64,000 bases of DNA from Gemmatimonadota bacterium (GCA_029863245.1 JAOTVV010000006.1:35362-99361); one strand, 5' to 3'; positions 36,736-45,404 are shown, numbered from the stretch's first letter. Numbers and translations: made by a program. Notes: generated by a model not told the origin, from the letters alone.

Positions 36736-37921
36736 ATGGCAGAAGCTCCTCCACGAGCGCGGTGTCCGCACGCTCCAGCAGCTCGTCGAACGGTTCGGGC
36801 CGGAGCACTTCCCAGACCTCGAGCGCCTTCAGCAGGCGGTGGACAACTTCGAGTTCCGGATCTCCCCCGCCATGGTGGACCTGATCCAGAAGCCCAATGA
36901 TCCGATCTGGCGGCAGTACGTCCCCGACCTGCAGGAACTCGAAGTCGTGGATGGCGTACTGGACAGCCTCAACGAGGAAGGCGACAGCCCGGTGCCCAAC
37001 ATCACGCACCGGTATCCGGATCGGGCGTTGTTCCTCGTGAGCCCGGTGTGCGCGTCGTACTGCCGGTTCTGCACCCGACGCCGCAAGGTGGGGGATCCCG
37101 AAAAGATCTCCATGGCCCAGCTCGAATCGAGCTTCCGGTACCTTCAGGAGCATGAAGAGATCCGCGACGTGATCCTCTCGGGTGGGGATCCTCTGCTTTT
37201 GTCGGATCGGCGACTCGATGCGATCCTCGGCCGGCTGCGCAAGATCCAGCACATCGAGGTCATCCGGATCGGTAGCCGCATCCCGTGCCATCTCCCGGAG
37301 CGGATCACCCCGGAGCTCTGCGCAGTGCTGAAGAAGCACCACCCGTTGTACATCAACACCCACTTCAACCACCCGGCCGAGTTGACGCCCGCTGCGGTCA
37401 AGGGACTGGGCATGCTGGCGGACGCCGGAATTCCGCTAGGGTGCCAGACGGTACTCCTCAGCGGCGTGAACGACGATGTCGACGTCATGAAGGAGCTCAT
37501 GCAGAGGCTCCTCGTCGCGCGCGTGCGCCCGTACTACATCTTCATGTGCGATAACGTGGCCGGCGTGGAGCACTTCAAGGCCACGGTCGAAAAGGGCCTC
37601 CAGATAGTGAAGGGCCTCCGTGGCTGGACGAGCGGGCTCGCCGTTCCCCACTTCGTGATCGATGCCCCGGGTGGTGGCGGCAAGATTCCCCTGCTCCCGG
37701 AGTACGTCGAGTCGATCACGGACGACGAGATCGTGCTCAAGAACTATCGCGGCCAGCGCTACGTGTACCCGCAGGCCCGGTCGGAGGTGTTGGTCGCGGC
37801 CGGCGCAGCCGAGCCGGAGTACGAGCTGATGTCGCTGTTTGGCGACGAGCCATCGCCGGGATCCCCGCGGCCGCGTTCCCGCAACGGCACCCGCAAGGGG
37901 GCAAAGAAGAAACGCACCTAG
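36728..37921 (+). CDS. KamA-family radical-SAM / PLP amino acid 2,3-aminomutase (lysine 2,3-aminomutase-like)
   Basis: Overlaps the GNAT gene by 8 nt. Motif NITHRYPDRALFLVSPVCASYCRFCTRRRK carries the CxxxCxxC cluster. FVIDAPGGGGKIPL carries the PLP-lysine motif. The C-terminal tail is basic: SRNGTRKGAKKKRT. Confidence 0.9.
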   Translation: MAEWQKLLHERGVRTLQQLVERFGPEHFPDLERLQQAVDNFEFRISPAMVDLIQKPNDPIWRQYVPDLQELEVVDGVLDSLNEEGDSPVPNITHRYPDRALFLVSPVCASYCRFCTRRRKVGDPEKISMAQLESSFRYLQEHEEIRDVILSGGDPLLLSDRRLDAILGRLRKIQHIEVIRIGSRIPCHLPERITPELCAVLKKHHPLYINTHFNHPAELTPAAVKGLGMLADAGIPLGCQTVLLSGVNDDVDVMKELMQRLLVARVRPYYIFMCDNVAGVEHFKATVEKGLQIVKGLRGWTSGLAVPHFVIDAPGGGGKIPLLPEYVESITDDEIVLKNYRGQRYVYPQARSEVLVAAGAAEPEYELMSLFGDEPSPGSPRPRSRNGTRKGAKKKRT

Positions 37922-37949
37922 AGCGGCCTGCTGGCCGCTCTAGGTGCGT
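37912..37949. terminator. Perfect 17-bp hairpin between convergent genes (factor-independent terminator candidate, no U tract)
   Basis: ACGCACCTAGAGCGGCC (37912-37928), loop TGCT, GGCCGCTCTAGGTGCGT (37933-37949). It contains the aminomutase stop TAG (37919-37921) and ends 3 nt before the EF-G-like stop (37953). Confidence 0.45.
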
Positions 37950-37952
37950 GCC

Positions 37953-40058
37953 CTATCGGCCGTTGTCTTCTTCGAGTTGCTGCTTACGCTGCTCGCGGAC
38001 CTTCTCCGTGACGTCGGGCGGCACTTCCTGATAACTCGACAGTGACCAATGGAAGCCGCCCCGCCCGTGGGTCATCGAGTGCAGCTGGGTGGCGTACCGA
38101 TACAGCTCCGCCTCGGGAACGTACGCGCGCACTTTCGTCAACCGACCGTCACGCTCACTCCCCAGAATCTGCCCACGGCGGGAGGACAGGTCTCCCAAGA
38201 CCTCCCCCAGGTTGTCTTCCGGCGTCCACACTTCGACTTCGAGGATGGGCTCGAGCAGTACCGGCTTGGCGTTGGCCGCGACGTGCCGGAACGCCATGAT
38301 GCCGGCCATCTTGAACGACTGCTCGCTGCTGTCGACGTCGTGATAGGAGCCGTCGTAGCACTCGGCCTTGAAGTCCACAACCGGGAACCCGGCCGTCACG
38401 CCTCGCGCGGCTGCCTCCTGGATACCCTTGTCCACGGCCGGAATGTACTTCGACGGAATGACACCGCCCTTGATCTTGTCTTCGAACTCGTACCCCGACC
38501 CGCGCGGTAAGGGAGCGATCCGAATCCAGCAGTCACCGAACTGACCGCGACCGCCTGTCTGCTTCCTGTGCCGCCCCTGACCTTCGGCCTTCCCCTTGAA
38601 CGTCTCGCGATAGGCAATCCGCGGCTGGCCGAGCTCGGCATGGACACCGAACTTCCGCTCGAGACGCCCAACGATGATCTCGAGGTGGCGCTCGCCGCGC
38701 CCGCCGATCAGCGTTTGCCGCAGCTCTGCGTCGTAGCGGTGGTGGAAGGTCGGGTCTTCTTCGTGGAGTTTGTGCAGTCCGGTCGAGAGCTTGTCCTCCT
38801 CCCCGCGCTGCTTGACCTGGATCGACAGCACGGTCAACGGCTCGGGGAACGGGATCTTCGCCAACACCACCTGCGAGGCCTCGGTCGAGAGCGTGTCGTT
38901 GGTGTGGGTGTCCTTGAGCTTCGCAACGACCCCGATGTCGCCGACGTGGAGCATCGGGACCTCTGTCCGATCCCGCCCCTGCGCGATGGACAGATGGTTC
39001 AGCTTCTCCGACAAGCTGCGCGGAGCGTTGAACACCTCTGCGCCGTTCCTCACACTCCCGGCGTGGATTCGGAAAAAGGACACGTCTCCGACGTGCGGCT
39101 CCGACACGGTCTTGAAAACCTGTGCCACAAATGGGGACCCGTCGGCCGGGGTGAGCTCCACCGGCGTGGCCGCTCCCCATCGTTCGGCAACGACCGGCGG
39201 ACGCTCGGTCGGCGCGGGGACCAGCTCGGCGAGCTTCGACAACAATGCCTTGATCCCGTACGTCAGCGTCGCCGAGCCGCAGAGCAGCGGACAGATCTCT
39301 CCAGCGGCAACGCCCTGCTTCATCGCGTCGATCGCCTCCTCCCTCGTGATCTCCTCGCCCCCTAGATACCGCTCCAAAAGATCATCGCTGGTCGTGGCAA
39401 TCGTCTCTATCAGATCCTTCGAATACTGGTCGAACCGCTCCTGATATTCGGGCGGGATATCGACCTCGTCATACTCGCCGGTCTTGGTGCCCTTCTTATA
39501 GAGATGGCATTTCCTGGAAAACAGATTGATGATCCCGTGGAAGTCCGGCCCCTCGCCGACGGGAATCTCGATCGGGACCACCTTGGCGGTGAGATGGTCC
39601 TTGATGTCCCGATACACTTTCTCGAAATCGGCGTTGTCCTTGTCGAGCAGCGACAGGAAGAACAGTCGGGGCAGGCCACGCTCGGTTGCGTACTCCCACA
39701 CCTTCTCGGTGCCGACCTCGACACCCGACGTGGCACCGACCACGACCAGCGCGGCATCGGCGGCCGACATGCCGGCCAGCGCGTCGCCAATGAAGTCCAG
39801 ATAGCCAGGGGTGTCGATCAGGTTGATCTTGACGCCATTCCACTCAGCATGGGCGAGCGCCAGGCTGATGGAGTACTGTCGATCGATTTCGTCGGGAGTG
39901 TAGTCAGTGAGGGCAGTCCCCTGCGGGACCGAACCATGCCGTGTACTGGAGCCGGCCACGAACGCAAGCGCATCGACCAAACTCGTCTTCCCACTCGCGC
40001 CGTGGCCGACCACCGCGACGTTGCGGATCCTATCTCCTGTGTAGACCTTCACGGTCAC
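37953..40058 (-). CDS. Elongation factor G paralogue (EF-G2-like translational GTPase)
   Basis: G1 motif VAVVGHGASGKTSL, G3 motif LIDTPGYLDF, and full five-domain length (701 aa). The gene is not in an rpsL-rpsG-fusA-tuf context. Confidence 0.85.
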   Translation of the reverse strand: MTVKVYTGDRIRNVAVVGHGASGKTSLVDALAFVAGSSTRHGSVPQGTALTDYTPDEIDRQYSISLALAHAEWNGVKINLIDTPGYLDFIGDALAGMSAADAALVVVGATSGVEVGTEKVWEYATERGLPRLFFLSLLDKDNADFEKVYRDIKDHLTAKVVPIEIPVGEGPDFHGIINLFSRKCHLYKKGTKTGEYDEVDIPPEYQERFDQYSKDLIETIATTSDDLLERYLGGEEITREEAIDAMKQGVAAGEICPLLCGSATLTYGIKALLSKLAELVPAPTERPPVVAERWGAATPVELTPADGSPFVAQVFKTVSEPHVGDVSFFRIHAGSVRNGAEVFNAPRSLSEKLNHLSIAQGRDRTEVPMLHVGDIGVVAKLKDTHTNDTLSTEASQVVLAKIPFPEPLTVLSIQVKQRGEEDKLSTGLHKLHEEDPTFHHRYDAELRQTLIGGRGERHLEIIVGRLERKFGVHAELGQPRIAYRETFKGKAEGQGRHRKQTGGRGQFGDCWIRIAPLPRGSGYEFEDKIKGGVIPSKYIPAVDKGIQEAAARGVTAGFPVVDFKAECYDGSYHDVDSSEQSFKMAGIMAFRHVAANAKPVLLEPILEVEVWTPEDNLGEVLGDLSSRRGQILGSERDGRLTKVRAYVPEAELYRYATQLHSMTHGRGGFHWSLSSYQEVPPDVTEKVREQRKQQLEEDNGR

Positions 40059-40166
40059 ACCTCCTGGTCGGGGGGACTGGGAACATGCGCGGGAGATCCG
40101 GGCCCCGCAAGACCGTCGAACCGGCCCCTGTTCGGCCCAACTGCGCGGCGGGATTAGCTTACGGTC

Positions 40167-40883
40167 ATGGATCTCGACAATGCGATCTGCGTGGTGACCG
40201 GAGCCACCGAGGGCATCGGACGCGCCATTGCGGAGAGCCTGGCCAACCGCGGTGCCAGACTGGCCCTATGCGCCCGCACGGGGGCCAAGGTGACCACGAT
40301 CCTACAGCAGCTCACAGAGGAGGCGGGGTTCACGGTGGTGGGGCAAGCGTGTGACGTGGCCGACGAAGCGGACGTCACGCGGTTCGCGGCCTTCGTCCGC
40401 GACAGTCTCGGTCCGGTCGATGTCCTCGTCAACAACGCCGGCCTTGGCCACCGCGGACCGGTCGTCGAAATGAGCACGGCGGCCTTCGACGAGACATTCG
40501 CCGTCAACGTCCGCGGGACGTTTCTCATGACGCGGGCCTTCCTACCCGAGATGCTCGCGCGGGGTCGAGGCCACGTCGTGAACATCGCCAGTCTTGCAGG
40601 TCGAAACCCCGTGCCCAACGCCGCGGCCTACTCGGCCGCCAAACACGCCGTGCTGGGGTTCTCCAAGTCGTTGTTTGCCGAAGTGCGGCACCGGGGCGTT
40701 CGAGTAACCGCAATTTGTCCCGGGTCGGTGGCAACGCCCTTTTTCGAGAAATCCGGCATGGGGCTGGAGCATCCCGACCGCAAACTCCAGCCCGAGGACG
40801 TCGCCACTACCGTGATCGCCGCCCTCGACCTTCCCGATCGGGCCCTGGTTTCGGAATTGGACGTCCGCCCGACTAACCCGTGA
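40167..40883 (+). CDS. Short-chain dehydrogenase/reductase (classical SDR)
   Basis: Motifs VVTGATEGIGRAIA (TGxxxGxG), NNAG and YSAAKHAV (YxxxK). Confidence 0.85.
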   Translation: MDLDNAICVVTGATEGIGRAIAESLANRGARLALCARTGAKVTTILQQLTEEAGFTVVGQACDVADEADVTRFAAFVRDSLGPVDVLVNNAGLGHRGPVVEMSTAAFDETFAVNVRGTFLMTRAFLPEMLARGRGHVVNIASLAGRNPVPNAAAYSAAKHAVLGFSKSLFAEVRHRGVRVTAICPGSVATPFFEKSGMGLEHPDRKLQPEDVATTVIAALDLPDRALVSELDVRPTNP

Positions 40884-40887
40884 CGGC

Positions 40888-42252
40888 CTACTTCACATAG
40901 ACCGCCTTGATGTTCACGAACTCGCGAATCCCGAAAGCCGCGAGCTCTCTGCCATAGCCTGAGTCCTTGATGCCGCCAAAAGGCAGCCGCGGATCGGACT
41001 TGACGAACGCATTGACGAAGCACGCGCCGGCGTGCAGCCGATCTCTGGCAATGCGTTCCCCCCGTTCGGCATCCGACGTGAAGACCGCAGCACCAAGGCC
41101 AAAGGCCGAATCGTTGGCAATGCGCACGGCCTCGGTCTCATCGCGTGCCTCGATGACGGCTGCCACCGGCCCGAATAACTCGTCGTCATAGGCTGGCATC
41201 CCGGGTCGCACATCCGCCAGGACCGTCGGCGGGTAGAAGGCCCCCGGTCCGTCGGGTACCGTACCACCGAGCAGCAGCCGGGCCCCCCGCTCGACCGATC
41301 CCACCACCTGTTGGTGGAGCTCGTCGCGCAGATCGCGGCGTGCCAGGGGTCCCACGTCGACGGCACCAAACGGGTCTCCCATGGTCTTGTCGCGCATCAC
41401 CTCTACGTAGCGCCGCTCGAAAGCCTCCTTGATGCTGGCCACGACGATGAACCGCTTGGCGGCGATGCAGCTCTGGCCGCTGTTGATGAGCCGGGAGGTG
41501 ACGCAGGTGTCGACCGTCTCGTCCAGGTTCGCATCCTCCAACACCACATACGGATCGCTCCCCCCGAGTTCCAGCACGGTCTTCTTCAGCGCCGCGCCTG
41601 CCGCCGCAGCGACGGCCCGACCGGCGGGACCGCTGCCGGTGAGCGTTACGGCCTTGATCTGCGGCGCCTCGATCACACTCCGCACGCGCCCGGCACCGAT
41701 CACGAGCGTGCGGAAGACATCCGCCGGCATCCCAGCTTCGCGAAAAACCTCCTCGATCGCGAGCGCACAGCCCGTCACATTGGACGCGTGCTTGAGCACA
41801 CCGGTATTTCCGGCCATGAGCGCCGGTGCCGCGAACCGAAATACCTGCCAGAATGGAAAATTCCAGGGCATGACGGCGAGGACGGTCCCGAGCGGCCGGA
41901 AGGACACGTAGCTGCGCGTCGCGTCGGTTGCGACCGACTGATCGGCCAGGAAATCGGAACCGTGTGTCGCGTAGTACTCACACACCCAGGCGCTTTTTTC
42001 CACCTCCGCTTTCCCCTGAAAAAGCGGCTTCCCCATTTCCCTCGCCATGAGCGCCGAGTATTCCCCACCACGCCTTCGTAGCACGTCCGCGGCCCGGTGC
42101 AGAAGCCGTCCACGTTGCTCGATGTCTGTCTGACTCCACGCGGCGAACGCTCGATCGACCGCGTTTAGCAATGCCTTTACCTCGTCCGGTGAGGTCTCTT
42201 CGTACGCCGCGAGGAGCTCGCCGGTAGAGGGGTTGATGGTCTCGATGGCCAT
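40888..42252 (-). CDS. NAD(P)-dependent aldehyde dehydrogenase, succinate-semialdehyde dehydrogenase-like
   Basis: Motifs FPFWQVFRFAAPALMAGNTGVLKHA, VLELGGSDPYVV and NSGQSCIAAKRF (catalytic Cys). Confidence 0.9.
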   Translation of the reverse strand: MAIETINPSTGELLAAYEETSPDEVKALLNAVDRAFAAWSQTDIEQRGRLLHRAADVLRRRGGEYSALMAREMGKPLFQGKAEVEKSAWVCEYYATHGSDFLADQSVATDATRSYVSFRPLGTVLAVMPWNFPFWQVFRFAAPALMAGNTGVLKHASNVTGCALAIEEVFREAGMPADVFRTLVIGAGRVRSVIEAPQIKAVTLTGSGPAGRAVAAAAGAALKKTVLELGGSDPYVVLEDANLDETVDTCVTSRLINSGQSCIAAKRFIVVASIKEAFERRYVEVMRDKTMGDPFGAVDVGPLARRDLRDELHQQVVGSVERGARLLLGGTVPDGPGAFYPPTVLADVRPGMPAYDDELFGPVAAVIEARDETEAVRIANDSAFGLGAAVFTSDAERGERIARDRLHAGACFVNAFVKSDPRLPFGGIKDSGYGRELAAFGIREFVNIKAVYVK

Positions 42253-42355
42253 GGCTTCCTCGATGGTCGTGTGCTGGGGCGTTAGAACGGGATGGCGCGG
42301 AGGACCGAAACGGGCGCGCGCCCAACCGCACCACCTGCTCGTCTTCGCGGAAAAG

Positions 42356-42844
42356 CTATGCCGAGGGGGAGCGTCGCGAGAGGGGGAAGAGATCGTAGTA
42401 ACCGCTCACCAGCGCGAGGAGCGCCACGACGTACAGAATACCCGTCCCGGTTTGCCACGCCATGAGCCCGAGCGCGGCCCCAGCGGCCGTGCGAAGCACC
42501 CGATCCTGGGTGCTCAACCGCGCGGCTGCGGCCCGACCGGAAGCGGCCTGCTCAAACAACGACGTGAGCCGCGACCGTGACTGTGCGCCGACCAGTCGGG
42601 TCAGCTCCTGACCCCTGCGAAACGCGATGAAGGTGGGAATTCCACGCACGCCGAGTGATGCCGCAATGTCCGGCTCCGTGTCGGTATTCACCTTCCAGAC
42701 GTCGACCGTTCCGGAGAACTTATGTTGCAGCTCCTCGATGATGGGCGCCGTGGCGCGGCACGGACCGCACCACGGCGCCCAGAGATCGACGATAACCGGC
42801 CGGTCGCTCGCCTCGAGCCGCCTGCGGACCTCGGAGCCGGTCAC
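42356..42844 (-). CDS. Thioredoxin fused to a C-terminal DUF2892-like membrane segment
   Basis: Thioredoxin active site VIVDLWAPWCGPCR. The C-terminus QDRVLRTAAGAALGLMAWQTGTGILYVVALLALVSGYYDLFP resembles the adjacent DUF2892 protein. Confidence 0.8.
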   Translation of the reverse strand: MTGSEVRRRLEASDRPVIVDLWAPWCGPCRATAPIIEELQHKFSGTVDVWKVNTDTEPDIAASLGVRGIPTFIAFRRGQELTRLVGAQSRSRLTSLFEQAASGRAAAARLSTQDRVLRTAAGAALGLMAWQTGTGILYVVALLALVSGYYDLFPLSRRSPSA

Positions 42845-42851
42845 GGCTGCG

Positions 42852-43058
42852 TCACTGTGCCTTGTTGGTCCGGATCCTGAAGACCGAGTACGCTGGACAC
42901 CAGCCTACCAGGCCCGTGACCAACGGCAAGAACCCGAGATACTTGCACACGGTCCCGACCGTTCCCGTCACGACCCCTGCCCAGCCCAAGTACAGGAGAA
43001 CGATCCCGGCGATCACGCGGGCGATCCGATCCCATGCGGCCTCATTAATGAATTGCAT
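42852..43058 (-). CDS. DUF2892 (YgaP C-terminal-like) small membrane protein
   Basis: 68 aa: NEAAWDRIARVIAGIVLLYLG...LVGWCPAYSVF, which is typical of DUF2892. It lies 7 nt upstream of the thioredoxin fusion gene. Confidence 0.7.
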   Translation of the reverse strand: MQFINEAAWDRIARVIAGIVLLYLGWAGVVTGTVGTVCKYLGFLPLVTGLVGWCPAYSVFRIRTNKAQ

Positions 43059-43248
43059 GGACCCTCGTTACAGCGTTGGAATTCCAGCGTCTCATGGACG
43101 GGACCGCCTCGGGGAGGTCACACCGGCGCAGGCCGCCCGTTGGTTACCGAATCTGCTGCGACCCCAAGCCTAGCCTGGCCGGCAGCGCCGCGCCACACCC
43201 CAAAGCACAGCTTGCGAGAACTGCCAAGGACGTCCATACTCGGCGCCC

Positions 43249-44598
43249 ATGAGCGGCACGCCTCCGGCAGCCGGCTACGCCCGCCGCCTTGGTCTCTTCG
43301 ACGCAACGATGCTCGTCATTGGCGGCATCGTAGGTGCAGGCATCTTCCTCAACCCCGCCGTCGTCGCGCAGCGGGTCCCCACCCCGGGGCTCGCACTAGG
43401 CGTCTGGGTGCTCGGGGGGATCGTGGCCCTCGCCGGCGCCTTGTGCTTTGCCGAACTGGGCGCTCGCAAGCCTTTCGCGGGAGGGGGCTATGTGTACCTG
43501 CGGGACGCGTTCGGCCCTCTGCCCGCGTTTCTCTACGGCTGGACCCAGCTCCTCGTCATCAACAGCGGCGGGATCGCCGCCGTCGCCGTCACGTTTGCCC
43601 GCTACGTCACCGCGCTTGGTGGCTGGCCCACCGCTTCCAGCACCCCAATCGCGGTGGGCGCCATCGTATTTCTTTCCGGCGTCAACTACTTCGGGATTCG
43701 GCCCGGGGCGATCGTGCAAAACGTCTTCACAGTGCTCAAGATGCTGGCGCTCGCCGGATTGATCGTCGCCGGCTTCGTGCTCGCCGCCCCCGCCGTCACT
43801 GTGGCCGCGCCTCCGGCCGAGCTTGGACCGGCGGGGGTCGTGCGCGCCATCGGGGTGGCGCTCATCCCCGTTTTGTTCGCCTACGGGGGCTGGCAGAGCA
43901 CCAACTTCGTTGCCGAGGAACTGCGACATCCCACACGGGACCTGCCGCGGGCCCTAGTCCTGGGCGTCATCGGGGTCGTCGTGACCTACGTGTTGGCCAA
44001 CGCCGTCTATCTCCGGGTTCTCGGCCTGGACGGACTAGCGGCGAGCAGCGCTCCGGCCTTCGACGTCATGGAGCGACTGGCTGGACGCACGGGTTCAACG
44101 GCGATCACCGTGGGGATCATCATTTCGACCTTCGGATTCCTCAACCTCGCCGTTCTCGCGTCGCCGCGGGTGTATCAGGCAATGGCCGCCGACGGCGCGT
44201 TCGTGCGGGCAGCCGCTAGGCTCCACCCTCGGCATCACGTTCCCTCCACGGCGCTCGTCATTCAGGCCGCATGGGCCATCCTGTTGCTGTCGACCAAAAC
44301 CTACGAACAGCTGCTGGACTACGTCGTGTTCGCCGATTGGATCTTCTTCGGCCTCGTCGGTGCGACGGTCGTGTATCTTAGGATCCGGGAAGGGGACGCC
44401 GACCTCGCATTCCGCACCCCCGGCTATCCCTGGGTGCCCGTGTTCTTCGTCGCCACGGCAGGATTCACCGTCGTGAGTACGGTGGTCTCGAACGTGGGAG
44501 ACGCGGCCCTCGGCGCCCTTCTCATGGCAGCAGGCATCCCCGCGTTTCTCATCTGGCGCGCGCGCGAACGACGGAGATCACAGGAGCATGGATCGTGA
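43249..44598 (+). CDS. Amino acid permease (APC superfamily)
   Basis: Polytopic sequence. The N-terminal segment LGLFDATMLVIGGIVGAGIFLNPAVVA is typical of APC transporters. Confidence 0.85.
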   Translation: MSGTPPAAGYARRLGLFDATMLVIGGIVGAGIFLNPAVVAQRVPTPGLALGVWVLGGIVALAGALCFAELGARKPFAGGGYVYLRDAFGPLPAFLYGWTQLLVINSGGIAAVAVTFARYVTALGGWPTASSTPIAVGAIVFLSGVNYFGIRPGAIVQNVFTVLKMLALAGLIVAGFVLAAPAVTVAAPPAELGPAGVVRAIGVALIPVLFAYGGWQSTNFVAEELRHPTRDLPRALVLGVIGVVVTYVLANAVYLRVLGLDGLAASSAPAFDVMERLAGRTGSTAITVGIIISTFGFLNLAVLASPRVYQAMAADGAFVRAAARLHPRHHVPSTALVIQAAWAILLLSTKTYEQLLDYVVFADWIFFGLVGATVVYLRIREGDADLAFRTPGYPWVPVFFVATAGFTVVSTVVSNVGDAALGALLMAAGIPAFLIWRARERRRSQEHGS

Positions 44599-45404
44599 CT
44601 ACGAAACCCCAGGAGGATCCCGTCTTCCGAGCGGGCCTCCTATCCAATCGCGTTGCGGTGGTGACGGGTGGCGGGACCGGCATCGGGCTGGGAATCGCCA
44701 CCTGCCTCGCCAAGAGCGGTGCCGACGTGGCCATCGCCAGTCGCAAGACCGAGCACCTCGAGGCGGCAGCGAGCGCGCTCCGGGCGCACGGTACGCGAAT
44801 TCTCCCCGTCACCATGAACGTTCGGGAACCGGACTCCGTGCGCACGGCTATGCAGCGGATCGTCGGCGAATTGGGACGGATCGACGTGCTGGTGAACAAC
44901 GCCGCCGGAAACTTCTACGCGCCGTCCGCCGAGCTATCCCCGAACGGATGGCGAGCGGTCGTCGAAACCGACCTCTACGGAACCTTCTTCTGTTCCCAGG
45001 CCGTGTACCCGGTGATGGTTGGCCAGGGCGGTGGACGGATCATCTCCATTTCCATGACATTGCACTACCGTGGGTGGCCGCAGATGGCCCACGCGACTGC
45101 AGCCAAGGCCGGTGTCGACGCGCTCACCAAGACGCTGGCGCTCGAGTGGGCGCGGGACGGCATCACCGTGAATGCGGTCGCGCCCGGCCCGGTGCCCACG
45201 CACGGCGCCACCCAGGCGTTCGCCGGCGGTGACACCGACACCGATGCAATCGACGAGGAGATGCGACGGCGCATTCCGCTTGGTCGCTGGGGAACGCCCG
45301 ACGACATCGGGAACCTGATCGTGTACCTCGCAAGCCCCGCAGGCGCCTGGATCACCGGAGCCATTGTCGTCGTCGATGGAGGGAGCTCACTTGCCCACAC
45401 CTGA
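44595..45404 (+). CDS. SDR oxidoreductase, 2,4-dienoyl-CoA / trans-2-enoyl-CoA reductase-like
   Basis: GTG 44595 overlaps the upstream stop (GTGA). Motifs VAVVTGGGTGIGLGIA, NNAAGNF and AAKAGVDALTKTLALEW. Confidence 0.85.
   Translation: MTTKPQEDPVFRAGLLSNRVAVVTGGGTGIGLGIATCLAKSGADVAIASRKTEHLEAAASALRAHGTRILPVTMNVREPDSVRTAMQRIVGELGRIDVLVNNAAGNFYAPSAELSPNGWRAVVETDLYGTFFCSQAVYPVMVGQGGGRIISISMTLHYRGWPQMAHATAAKAGVDALTKTLALEWARDGITVNAVAPGPVPTHGATQAFAGGDTDTDAIDEEMRRRIPLGRWGTPDDIGNLIVYLASPAGAWITGAIVVVDGGSSLAHT

Noticed and set aside
42627-44219. 530-aa plus-strand ORF
   Set aside because: It overlaps the thioredoxin and DUF2892 genes antisense and the APC permease out of frame. Its translation is Arg/Pro/Gly-rich.
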